From: an uncultured Candidatus Bathyarchaeia archaeon
GTDB taxonomy: Archaea; Thermoproteota; Bathyarchaeia; Bathyarchaeales; Bathycorpusculaceae
Direction of reading: 5' to 3'
Length of the DNA: 62,280 nt
Assembly (NCBI GenBank): GCA_964509945.1
Contig: CAZDZM010000001.1
Location: 1-62,280, forward strand
Made by a program: the position numbers and the translations under genes. The notes below the pieces were generated by a model. The model was given only the letters and a program-made list of their open reading frames with translations. It made no database searches and was not told where the DNA came from. Shown here in pieces: positions 25,019-34,234 of the stretch; the stretch's first letter is position 1, and each line of letters opens with the position of its first letter.

Positions 25019-27385
25019 GTGGAAGCTGTCCCTAGAATCGGTGTATACATTTGTCACTGTGGAGGTAATATAAGTGACACTGTCCTCGTGGAAAAGGTCA
25101 AAGACGCCATGTCGAAGTTGGAAAACGTAAAGATAGTTGAGACAGTAGATTACCTCTGCAGTACTCAGGGACAGAGTAAAATTAGAAGTGGAATTAAGGA
25201 TAAGGGTGTTAACCGTGTTGTTGTTGCTTCTTGTTCTCCGCAGTTGCATCTGGAAACTTTTAGGAGAGCTGTTTCTGAGGCTGGTTTGAACCCTTATCTG
25301 CTTGAAATGGTGAACATTCGTGAACAGTGCAGCTGGGTTCATGAAGACGTCGAACAAGCAACTGCTAAAGCCATAGATGTCATCCGTGGAGCAGTAGAAC
25401 GAGTAAAACAGCTAGAGGAACTGTATCCGGTCAAAACTGTCATAAAAAAAGATGTCTTGGTCATTGGCGGTGGCATAGCAGGAATCCAGACAGCTCTTGA
25501 GACAGCAAATAAAGGCTATAAGGTCTACTTGGCGGAGCGCAGCCCTTGCATAGGCGGGCATATGGCTCAACTCAGCGAAACCTTTCCAACTCTCGACTGC
25601 TCTTACTGCATTCTTGCGCCCAGAATGGTTAGTGCTGGCCAGCATCCGAACATAAAAATTGTGACCATGGCCGAACCTGTTTCTCTGAAAGGAGTCCCTG
25701 GGGACTACAGGGTTAAGCTAAGAGTCAGACCACGGTACGTAGATGTTGACAAATGCACTGGTTGTGGCGCGTGTGCTAAAGTCTGCCCTGTTGATGTTCC
25801 GGATGAGTTTAACATGGGCTTGACTCGGCGTAAGGCCATGTATATCCCCTTCCCTCAAGGCGTACCCCGAGCATTTGTATTGGACGTTGACAATTGCTTG
25901 GGTTTTGCACCCCTTGCATGTGGAAAATGCGTTAAAGTGTGTGCGCGGAAAGCCATAAACTACGATATGAAAACAGAGGAAGTTGAAGTCCAGGCCGGCG
26001 CCATAATTGTTGCAACCGGATATGAACAAATGAGCCCCAGAGATTTTGGCGAATACTCTTATGGGCAACACCCGGACATCTTAACCAACCTACAATTTGA
26101 ACGCGTAATGCACTTGGGATTCGGCAAGCCCTCTGATGGAAAACTCCCTAAGAAAGTTGCCTTTATTCTATGCGTTGGAAGTCGGGCTCTCCAAGAAAGA
26201 GCAAAAGAATACTGCTGCAAAATAGGTTGCATGGTTGCAATAAAGCAAGCCATAATGCTTAAGAAGGCTTTGCCAGACGTTGAGCCTTGGGTCTTCTATC
26301 AGGACATAAGAGCAGACGGCAAAGGATACGAGGAATTCTACGCGAGGGCAAGAGAGCAAGATGTGCATTTCGTAAGAGGCTTAGCGGCAAAAGTTCTGCC
26401 GACGAAAGACGGATTAATCGTCAAGGCTGAAGATACCATCGCTGGAAAGCCTGTTGAAGAAAAGTTTGACATAGTAGTCCTTAGCTTAGGCATAACTCCC
26501 AATCCTGACATGGCTGAACTCTCAAAGAATCTTGGGTTGTCTACAGGGCCTGACGGTTTCTTTATTGAGAGGCATTACAAGCTTGACCCTGTAGACAGCG
26601 CCAAGGAGGGAATCTTTGTTTGCGGATGCTCGTTAGGACCGAAAGATATCCGCGAATCCGTCGAACAAAGCATGGCTGCCGCTTCCAGGGCGACAACCTT
26701 CATTGGACAAGGTGAACGAGCAACTTTGCCTGAAGTACCCGTCGTTGATATGGAAAAATGTAATCTTTGCGGCAACTGCGTTGCAGTCTGTCCAGCTGAC
26801 GCAATAACGATAGTTGATTCCAGCATACAGGTGACTCCAGTTGCCTGCATAAACTGCGGGGCGTGCGTGCCGGTCTGTCCAAAGGGCGCCATAGACCAGA
26901 ACAATTTCAAAGAGAAACAGTTACTGGAGCAGATCCGCGGCGTAAGCATTGGCGAAACAAAGGAGCCGAAAATAATCGCTTTCGTTGAGAGAAAAACGGC
27001 ATATTCATCTTTAGACTTAGCTGGAACAAGAAGGTTAAGCTACATGGCTAACATCAGGCCCATTACTGTACCAAGCTGCATGCGCATCGGCATAAAGCAC
27101 CTGCTAGCTGCTTTTGCTTATGGTGCTGACGGAGTAGTCTTGGTTGAAGGAGAAGACAGTCCATTCGCAGGAGAAAAACTTCTTCAACACGTTGCCAAAC
27201 TCAAAAGAGATTTACAGCAATACAGCGTCTCTCCCATGAGACTACAGTCCATGACCACGACCATACCGCAATACGAAAAAACTGTAAAACTCTTTGACAC
27301 AGTTAATATCAGAATTTCACGTCTCGGCAAGATACCTTTAGAAGAACGTAACAAAATTCGGGAAAAGATAGAAGGTCTCATCTGA
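25019..27385 (+). CDS. hdrA: HdrA-like FAD/FeS protein fused to a Cys-depleted MvhD/FlpD-like C-terminal domain
   Basis: IGVYICHCGGNI, VLVIGGGIAGIQTA, ferredoxin inserts (CTGCGACAKVCP, CNLCGNCVAVCP, CINCGACVPVCP). The C-terminal IAFVERKTAYSSLD...VLVEGED aligns with the MvhD domain but lacks its Cys ligands. Confidence 0.85.
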   Translation: MEAVPRIGVYICHCGGNISDTVLVEKVKDAMSKLENVKIVETVDYLCSTQGQSKIRSGIKDKGVNRVVVASCSPQLHLETFRRAVSEAGLNPYLLEMVNIREQCSWVHEDVEQATAKAIDVIRGAVERVKQLEELYPVKTVIKKDVLVIGGGIAGIQTALETANKGYKVYLAERSPCIGGHMAQLSETFPTLDCSYCILAPRMVSAGQHPNIKIVTMAEPVSLKGVPGDYRVKLRVRPRYVDVDKCTGCGACAKVCPVDVPDEFNMGLTRRKAMYIPFPQGVPRAFVLDVDNCLGFAPLACGKCVKVCARKAINYDMKTEEVEVQAGAIIVATGYEQMSPRDFGEYSYGQHPDILTNLQFERVMHLGFGKPSDGKLPKKVAFILCVGSRALQERAKEYCCKIGCMVAIKQAIMLKKALPDVEPWVFYQDIRADGKGYEEFYARAREQDVHFVRGLAAKVLPTKDGLIVKAEDTIAGKPVEEKFDIVVLSLGITPNPDMAELSKNLGLSTGPDGFFIERHYKLDPVDSAKEGIFVCGCSLGPKDIRESVEQSMAAASRATTFIGQGERATLPEVPVVDMEKCNLCGNCVAVCPADAITIVDSSIQVTPVACINCGACVPVCPKGAIDQNNFKEKQLLEQIRGVSIGETKEPKIIAFVERKTAYSSLDLAGTRRLSYMANIRPITVPSCMRIGIKHLLAAFAYGADGVVLVEGEDSPFAGEKLLQHVAKLKRDLQQYSVSPMRLQSMTTTIPQYEKTVKLFDTVNIRISRLGKIPLEERNKIREKIEGLI

Positions 27386-27489
27386 TCTAGCGTGTATAGC
27401 AAAAAACTTTCGAAAGCTGTCCAAAGCCTCAAAGTTTATGCTTATGCGATAGCAAACTTCTCTTATTCGGACGTTTACATTTGTAAACC

Positions 27490-27497
27490 TTTATATT
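27490..27497 (+). promoter_or_regulatory. TATA-like box TTTATATT in the 147-nt gap before the HdrC/GltD fusion gene
   Basis: AT-rich element 36-43 nt upstream of the GTG at 27533. Confidence 0.3.
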
Positions 27498-27532
27498 CGG
27501 GGTAAACCCCAAGACTAGCGAGGGCCAAAAAC

Positions 27533-28969
27533 GTGAGGTCCACTGAGATCACGTTCTCTAGGAAAGAAGTTAAAAGCCTCTTGGATGTCGAAAGACTTGC
27601 ACACTGCTTCGAATGCGGAATTTGCACGGCCAGTTGCTCCATGGTTGAATTGATTAGGAAGGACTATAACCCAAGAGCGCTTCTAGAGGGAATTTTCTTG
27701 AGTCCAGAGGAGATTTTGACTTCATGCGAAATTTGGCTCTGTGCTTGGTGCTATAGCTGCCAGAGACATTGTCCTCAAGCCCTAAGAATACCTGAAATAC
27801 TTCTTTCAATGCGGGCGATTGCAGCGAAACACGAGTTCACGAAAGCTATTGACGATGCCCTCCAAAAAATTGTGGAAAACGTACCTTTACCACTTGTAAC
27901 GATATTTACTTGTTTCCATCCTGAACGCGCAGGTGTAGATAGAAATAACATCCTAAAAAAAATGGAACAGAAATATGTGGGGTTCTTGAAGAAGGCAAAG
28001 GAGAGTAGAAATGTAAAGGATTCTGGAAAAAAAGTTGCGGTGATAGGCTCTGGTCCCGCTGGGCTTGCTGTTGCCCGTGAAATAGTCCTTAAAGGGCACG
28101 AAGTTACAGTTTTTGAGGCTCTTGCAGAAGCTGGTGGCATGTTAAGAAAATGCATTCCGGAACAGCGCCTTCCAAAGGCAATAGTGGCAAAAGAGGTTCA
28201 ACTCTTGCAGAGTTTGGGGGTAGAAATAGAAACAGGTGTAACTGTTGGGAAGGGCCTAAGTTTTGAGGATTTATGGGAGAAAGGTTATCAAGCAATTTTT
28301 GTGGGCGTAGGCGCACAGAAGAGCCAAAGACTGAAAATTGAAGGCGAAGACTTGGAGGGCGTGGTCGATGCTCTTGACTTTTTGTGGCGTGTTAATATTG
28401 GCCATGAGATAGAAGTTGGGAAAAAAGTTGCGGTTATTGGCGGTGGAAATGTCGCCGTCGATGCTGCAAGAACTGCACTGCAATGTGGGGCATACGAAGT
28501 AACCATGTGGTATCGCAGGTCGCATGAGGAGATGCCCGCTAATCCGTGGGAAGTCAAAGCGGCAGAGACTGAAGGTGTTAAAATCGAATTCTTGGTTGCA
28601 CCCAGAAAGTTTCTGGGAGAAAATGGGAGGGTCTATGCAATTGAACTTGTCCGGATGCAATTGGGTGAGCCCGACGAGTCAGGAAAAAGAAAGCCCATAC
28701 CAATAGAGGGTTCGGAATTTATTCAAAAAACAGATATGGTGATTCTTGCCATTGGCGAAGTTCCAGGCGTCGAGTTCTTGCCAAAGGAAATCGAGTTAAA
28801 TGAAGATGGTACAATTTGGGTAAACCCAATAACTATGGAAACCAGCCTTCAAGGGGTTTTTGCGGGCGGGGACGCCGTGACAGGACCGGCAACGGTTATT
28901 GAGGCAATCTGTGCTGGAAAACGCGCTGCGACATCAATTGAAAACTACTTGAAACCTTTAGGAGGATAG
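27533..28969 (+). CDS. fusion of HdrC-like 4Fe-4S domain with GltD/SudA/NfnB-type NAD(P)H:FAD oxidoreductase
   Basis: N-terminus CFECGICTASC and CAWCYSCQRHCP. Then KKVAVIGSGPAGLAVA, AGGML, KKVAVIGGGNVAVDAA, GVFAGGDAVTGPATV. Confidence 0.85.
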   Translation: MRSTEITFSRKEVKSLLDVERLAHCFECGICTASCSMVELIRKDYNPRALLEGIFLSPEEILTSCEIWLCAWCYSCQRHCPQALRIPEILLSMRAIAAKHEFTKAIDDALQKIVENVPLPLVTIFTCFHPERAGVDRNNILKKMEQKYVGFLKKAKESRNVKDSGKKVAVIGSGPAGLAVAREIVLKGHEVTVFEALAEAGGMLRKCIPEQRLPKAIVAKEVQLLQSLGVEIETGVTVGKGLSFEDLWEKGYQAIFVGVGAQKSQRLKIEGEDLEGVVDALDFLWRVNIGHEIEVGKKVAVIGGGNVAVDAARTALQCGAYEVTMWYRRSHEEMPANPWEVKAAETEGVKIEFLVAPRKFLGENGRVYAIELVRMQLGEPDESGKRKPIPIEGSEFIQKTDMVILAIGEVPGVEFLPKEIELNEDGTIWVNPITMETSLQGVFAGGDAVTGPATVIEAICAGKRAATSIENYLKPLGG

Positions 28970-28970
28970 C

Positions 28971-31409
28971 ATGATGGTCGAGAATAAAGAGTTAGAATCC
29001 AAAGGCAGTGAAGAAATCCGCATTGGCGTTTATGTTTGCCACTGTGGCTTGAATATCGCTGGTTCTATTGACTGTGAAGAAGTTGCGAAATTCGCTGCTG
29101 CCTTGCCTCAGGTTGTTCTAGCCAAAGACAACCGCTACACATGTTCAGACCAAGGACAAGAAATCATAAAAAACGATATCAAGGAACGTAAACTTAACCG
29201 CGTAGTGGTTGCCTCATGTTCGCCTCGTCTTCACGAGTCCACGTTCCGAAAGGCATGTGAAGAGGCTGGATTGAACAAATATCTTTTTGAAATGGCTAAC
29301 ATACGTGAGCAGTGCAGTTGGGTTCATTTACATGATCAAAAGGCTGCCACGGAAAAGGCTAAAGACCTTGTCAAAATGGCAGTGGCCAAAGTTGCATTAC
29401 TTCAACCTGCTGAAGAAATTGAAGTGCCTGTAACCCGTAAAGCCTTAGTCATAGGTGGCGGAGTTGCTGGGGTTCAAGCCGCTCTAGACCTTGCCGACAC
29501 AGGCCATAAGGTGTATCTGGTTGAGAAAGAACCTAGCATTGGCGGGATGATGGCAAGAATAGACAAGACCTTCCCAACAATGGACTGCTCAATCTGTATT
29601 CTTGCACCTAAAATGTCCGACGCTGGGCATCATCACAACATTGAGTTGATGACCAACAGTGAAGTTACTGAAGTTAAAGGTTATATCGGCAACTTCTGTG
29701 TTAAGGTGCTGAAGAAACCGCGTTACGTTACTAAAGATTGTTCGGCTTGTGGCGAGTGTCCCAAAGTCTGTCCAATAATTGCCCCAAACGAGTTTGATGT
29801 TGGTTTAGTGTCAAGACATGCTATTTATACACCTTTTGCACAAGCAGTCCCATCAACATACATAATCGACATGAACATCTGCCTCAACAAAGACGGCGTA
29901 ATAGTTTGCGACAAATGCATCAAGACATGCGAAAGAGAAGCTGTAAACTTTGAAATGAAACCTGAAACGGTTGAACTTGACGTGGGTACAATAATCGTAG
30001 CAACAGGCGCAGACGTATTTGACCCGTCTACTTTGCCAAACTATGGATACGGCAAATACTCAAACGTTCTTACTTCACTTGAATTTGAAAGACTAATCAA
30101 TGCCGGTGGACCTTCTGGTGGGCGCCTCATTAGACCTAGCGACATGCAAATTCCAAAGCGTGTGGCGTTTGTTCAATGTGTTGGTTCCCGCTCTGACAAA
30201 AGCGGGAGACTGTACTGTAGCAATGTCTGTTGCATGAACACAATAAAAGATAGCCTGTTAATCAAGGAACATTGGCCGGAAACCGAAATTTACGTTTTCT
30301 ATGTTGACATACGTGCCTATGGAAAGGGCTTCGAGGACCTCTATAAACGCGCGCGAAAAGAAGGCGTCATCTTCATTCGCGGGCTTCCGTCTGAGATATT
30401 TGAGGATAGAAAAACTCGTAATTTGTGGCTTTTCGGAGAAAACACTCTGAAAAGAGAACTGTATAACGTAAATGCTGATATGGTAATTCTCTCAATAGGC
30501 TTGGAACCAAGGAAAGATAGCGAAATCATACAACGCCTGTTAACGCTTTCACGGACACAAGACGGGTTCTTCATGGAGGCGCATCCGAAACTTAGACCTG
30601 TGGACGCAGCTACCGGAGGAATATTTTTTGCTGGCTGCGCTGAGGGACCTAAAGACATTAAGGACAGTGTGACACAAGCAAGTGCAGCGGCAGCGCGTGC
30701 AGGTATTTTAATGGCAAAAGGAAACGTGACAGTTGAAGCTATCACTCCGATTTATTTTGCTGACAAGTGCAAGTTGTGTGGGCTCTGTGTTAAAGTTTGT
30801 CCATACAATGCTATAACGCTCAACAAAGAATTGAAACGAGTTGAAGTTATAGAGGCTGCGTGTGGCGGATGCGGAACATGTTCAGCTGAGTGTCCGTTTG
30901 GTGCGTTAACTCAAAGCCACTTTACAGACGAGCAAATCATAGCTCAGATAGACGCTGTTACAGAGCACGAACCGGAAAAGAAAATTGTTGCTTTCTGTTG
31001 CAACTGGTGCGCTTACGCTGGTGCAGACTTTGCAGGGATTAGTAGAATGCAGTATCCACCAAAAGTGCGCATAATCAGAACTATGTGCTCTGGGCGTGTG
31101 GCTCCCAAATTCGTTCAAAGAGCATTTGCAAGAGGGGCTGCAACTGTTATAGTGGCGGGTTGCCATCCGGGAGACTGCCATTATATCAATGCAAACTATC
31201 ATACGCAGAAGCGCATGGAGCAAATGTGGAAAAAAATGAAACAGAGTGGACTGGACGATGAGAGGTTGCAATTGTTGTGGGCTTCGGCAGCTGAAGGCGA
31301 AAGATTTGCTTCAAAAATCCGTGAAATGGAGGCACTAATGGAAAAAGTTACTTCAGAAGATATTGAAAAATCGAAGAAGGTTTTTGAGAAGGCTTTGGAG
31401 GCAAGTTAG
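28971..31409 (+). CDS. hdrA: HdrA-like FAD/FeS protein fused to an intact MvhD/FlpD domain
   Basis: IGVYVCHCGLNI, ALVIGGGVAGVQAA, CSACGECPKVCP, CKLCGLCVKVCP, CGGCGTCSAECP. C-terminal IVAFCCNWCAYAGAD...RTMCSGRV...VAGCHPGDCHY. Confidence 0.88.
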   Translation: MMVENKELESKGSEEIRIGVYVCHCGLNIAGSIDCEEVAKFAAALPQVVLAKDNRYTCSDQGQEIIKNDIKERKLNRVVVASCSPRLHESTFRKACEEAGLNKYLFEMANIREQCSWVHLHDQKAATEKAKDLVKMAVAKVALLQPAEEIEVPVTRKALVIGGGVAGVQAALDLADTGHKVYLVEKEPSIGGMMARIDKTFPTMDCSICILAPKMSDAGHHHNIELMTNSEVTEVKGYIGNFCVKVLKKPRYVTKDCSACGECPKVCPIIAPNEFDVGLVSRHAIYTPFAQAVPSTYIIDMNICLNKDGVIVCDKCIKTCEREAVNFEMKPETVELDVGTIIVATGADVFDPSTLPNYGYGKYSNVLTSLEFERLINAGGPSGGRLIRPSDMQIPKRVAFVQCVGSRSDKSGRLYCSNVCCMNTIKDSLLIKEHWPETEIYVFYVDIRAYGKGFEDLYKRARKEGVIFIRGLPSEIFEDRKTRNLWLFGENTLKRELYNVNADMVILSIGLEPRKDSEIIQRLLTLSRTQDGFFMEAHPKLRPVDAATGGIFFAGCAEGPKDIKDSVTQASAAAARAGILMAKGNVTVEAITPIYFADKCKLCGLCVKVCPYNAITLNKELKRVEVIEAACGGCGTCSAECPFGALTQSHFTDEQIIAQIDAVTEHEPEKKIVAFCCNWCAYAGADFAGISRMQYPPKVRIIRTMCSGRVAPKFVQRAFARGAATVIVAGCHPGDCHYINANYHTQKRMEQMWKKMKQSGLDDERLQLLWASAAEGERFASKIREMEALMEKVTSEDIEKSKKVFEKALEAS

Positions 31410-31411
31410 CC

Positions 31412-31696
31412 ATGCCTGAAAGAATTAAACATCCACCACTTGACAGCAAAAAGGTGAAACCGCCAAATGCAGAAATTCACATAATTAAAGACCAGTGCAA
31501 AGGCTGCGGTTTCTGCATTCAATTCTGTCCCAAGAAAGTTCTGGAAGAATCCCAAGAAATAAACGCGCGAGGAGTTCCCCCTCCAAAAGTTGTGAATGAA
31601 GGCGGATGTGTAATATGCAGTTTTTGCACTGCAGTTTGTCCAGATTTCGCAATTTTTGTTGTTGAAAAGTCGCTTGAGGAGGATGTTAAGGCATGA
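31412..31696 (+). CDS. korD: 2-oxoacid:ferredoxin oxidoreductase delta subunit (2x4Fe-4S ferredoxin)
   Basis: CKGCGFCIQFCP and CVICSFCTAVCP. It starts 2 nt after the hdrA stop. Confidence 0.8.
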   Translation: MPERIKHPPLDSKKVKPPNAEIHIIKDQCKGCGFCIQFCPKKVLEESQEINARGVPPPKVVNEGGCVICSFCTAVCPDFAIFVVEKSLEEDVKA

Positions 31697-32844
31697 GTGG
31701 AAGACGTGCGTTAATTAGTGGCGCCCACTTTATGAGCGGTGACATCGCGTGTGCAGAAGGCGCATTATGTGCTGGCTGCAGGTTTTTTGCCGGTTACCCA
31801 ATTACGCCAGCCACAGAAATCGCTGAGCACCTCTCTGAGAGAATGCCTGATTTCGGGGGGATTTACATTCAGATGGAAGATGAAATCGCATCCATAGCGG
31901 CTGTAATAGGCGCTTCCTATGCTGGTCTGAAGGCCATGACCGCCACTTCTGGACCAGGTTTCAGTCTGATGCAAGAGAATATAGGATTGGCCGTTATGAC
32001 GGAAACTCCATGCGTAATTGTAGACGTTATGCGTGGCGGACCAAGTACAGGGCAGCCGACATTGCCAGGGCAACAGGATGTGATGCAAGTCAAATGGGGC
32101 TCTCATGGAGACTATAGCATTATAGCCTTAGCGCCTTCTTCGGTGCAAGAAATGTTTGACTTAGCGATTGAAGCGTTCAACTTATCTGAAACTTACAGAG
32201 TTCCAGCTTTTGTTATGGCAGATGAGATAGTTGCACATATGTGGGAAAAAGTCGTTATACCCCATGCTTCCAAGATAAAGATAGTTAGCCGCGAAAAACC
32301 GCACATTGCGCCCGATAAATACAAACCATTTGCACCAGACGGTAGTTTAATTCCTCCGATGGCTTGTTTTGGAGAAGGGTACCGTTTTCACGCCACAGGC
32401 TTAACGCATGATGAGCGTGGATATCCAAAGACCCAGGACTCAGAAGTTCAATCTAGGCTTGTCAGGAGACTATGTGAAAAGATAAGCAAAAATGCAGATA
32501 GAATTATTAAAGTTGAGGGAATAATGCTTGGAGACGCGGACGTCGTGGTTGTTGCGTATGGAATAGTTGCGAGAGCTGCTTTGAGTGCGGTGAGAAAAGC
32601 AAGGGAATTTGGAATAAAGGCTGGGCTTTTACGGTTAGTTACGCTTTGGCCTTTCGCTGAGAAGCATGTTGCGGAGGTAGCGAAGCAAGCAAAGTCAATA
32701 GTTGTTCCAGAGATGAACTGCGGGCAGATTGTTAGAGAAGTTGAAAGAGCAGCTAAAGAAACGCCTGTGGCTTTTCTTTCGAAATTAGGGGAAGATCCTC
32801 ATACCCCGCAGGAAATTCTTGAGTTGATGAGGAGGAATACTTAA
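31693..32844 (+). CDS. korA: 2-oxoacid (2-oxoglutarate-type):ferredoxin oxidoreductase alpha subunit
   Basis: FFAGYPITPATEI, MEDEIASI, TATSGPGFSLMQE. ATGA overlap with korD. Confidence 0.85.
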   Translation: MSGRRALISGAHFMSGDIACAEGALCAGCRFFAGYPITPATEIAEHLSERMPDFGGIYIQMEDEIASIAAVIGASYAGLKAMTATSGPGFSLMQENIGLAVMTETPCVIVDVMRGGPSTGQPTLPGQQDVMQVKWGSHGDYSIIALAPSSVQEMFDLAIEAFNLSETYRVPAFVMADEIVAHMWEKVVIPHASKIKIVSREKPHIAPDKYKPFAPDGSLIPPMACFGEGYRFHATGLTHDERGYPKTQDSEVQSRLVRRLCEKISKNADRIIKVEGIMLGDADVVVVAYGIVARAALSAVRKAREFGIKAGLLRLVTLWPFAEKHVAEVAKQAKSIVVPEMNCGQIVREVERAAKETPVAFLSKLGEDPHTPQEILELMRRNT

Positions 32845-33683
32845 TGGATCGGGAGCTGGTGCACCCATTTTCAAAGTATCTGCGATCGGCAATGATGCCT
32901 CATATTTGGTGTTCAGGATGCGGCAATGGCATTGTACTTAATTGTTTCATTAATGCTTTAGATGACTTGCAGATAGATTTGGACAAGTTGGTAGTTGTTT
33001 CGGGTATTGGATGTATTGGGCGCATAGCTGGATATACAAACGCTGATTCCTTTCACACTACTCATGGACGTGCAATCGCCTTCTCAACTGGAGCGAAACT
33101 CGCGAATCCAGAATTGGAAGTTGTGGTCATAAGCGGCGACGGCGATCTTTTTGCAATAGGTGGAAACCATTTCATGCATGCAGCACGGAGAAACATCGGA
33201 ATCAAAGTAATTTGCGCAAACAACTTCAACTATGGAATGACTGGTGGGCAACAAGGTCCAACAACGCCGCTTGAATCATTGACAACCACGACTCCATATG
33301 GAAACATTGAACATCCGTTTAACTTGATTCATTTGGCAGCAGCGTGCGGAGCAACTTATGTTGCCAGATGGACAACTTTGCATGTACGAAGATTAACTCA
33401 ATCCATTAAGAGAGTGTTGCAAAAAGAGGGTTTCTGCTTCATCGAGGTAGTTTCACCTTGCCCAGAAATCTTCGGTCGACGTAACAAAATGCGAACCGGA
33501 CTGGAAATGATGGAATGGTTTAGGAGAGCCTCGGTGGTGGAGAATTTCTCCGATCCCTCCAAAGCAGAAATCTCCTCGGAAAAAATAGTTGTGGGCGAAT
33601 TTGTAAACAAGGAGAAAGTTAGCTACGAAAGGTTACTTCATGAAAAAATAGCTCAAATTAACGAGAAGAGAGTGGAGTGGTGA
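32844..33683 (+). CDS. korB: 2-oxoacid:ferredoxin oxidoreductase beta (TPP-binding) subunit
   Basis: WCSGCGNG, SGIGC, ISGDGDLFAIGGNH, NNFNYGMTGGQ. TAATG overlap with korA. Confidence 0.85.
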   Translation: MDRELVHPFSKYLRSAMMPHIWCSGCGNGIVLNCFINALDDLQIDLDKLVVVSGIGCIGRIAGYTNADSFHTTHGRAIAFSTGAKLANPELEVVVISGDGDLFAIGGNHFMHAARRNIGIKVICANNFNYGMTGGQQGPTTPLESLTTTTPYGNIEHPFNLIHLAAACGATYVARWTTLHVRRLTQSIKRVLQKEGFCFIEVVSPCPEIFGRRNKMRTGLEMMEWFRRASVVENFSDPSKAEISSEKIVVGEFVNKEKVSYERLLHEKIAQINEKRVEW

Positions 33684-33688
33684 TTGAC

Positions 33689-34234
33689 ATGCGAACAGAG
33701 ATTAGGTTTGCTGGTTTTGGCGGACAAGGGGTAATCAAGTCAGGAATTATAACCGCTGCTGCAGCATGTGTACACAGCGCCAAAAATGCGGTTCAAACAC
33801 AGTCTTATGGGCCAGAATCACGGGGTGGGGCGTGCAAGTCTGAGGTTGTCATCTCTGATGAAAAGATAGATTTTCCAAAGGTTGTCGAGCCTGACATATT
33901 AGTGTTGATGTCACAGCACGCCTATAATGAATATGCAGAAAGCGTGAAACCCGGCGGAACAGTGATTCTGGATCCTGACATGATTCCCCATGAGAAGAAC
34001 TTGAAAGATGCTAAAATTTTCCGAGTACCTGCCACAAAAATTGCTGAAGAGCTTGGAAGAAAAATAGTTGCAAACATTGTCATGCTGGGCGCTTTCACAG
34101 CAATTACGCGTTTATTGGATCAAGATGCTATCAAAGAATCAGTCAAAGCAAATATACCTAAAGGCACTAAAGAGTTAAATTTAGAAGCGTTTAAGAAAGG
34201 CTATGATTTTGGGAAAACCCTTTTGAAAAGCTAA
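33689..34234 (+). CDS. korG: 2-oxoacid:ferredoxin oxidoreductase gamma subunit
   Basis: IRFAGFGGQGV, QSYGPESRGG. ATG preceded by GGAG/GGTGA; the alternative GTG at 33677 overlaps korB. Confidence 0.8.
   Translation: MRTEIRFAGFGGQGVIKSGIITAAAACVHSAKNAVQTQSYGPESRGGACKSEVVISDEKIDFPKVVEPDILVLMSQHAYNEYAESVKPGGTVILDPDMIPHEKNLKDAKIFRVPATKIAEELGRKIVANIVMLGAFTAITRLLDQDAIKESVKANIPKGTKELNLEAFKKGYDFGKTLLKS

Noticed and set aside
24905-25357. 150-aa minus-strand ORF across the hdr divergent spacer
   Set aside because: It overlaps the 5' end of hdrA antisense and the AT-rich promoter spacer, and shows no family features.
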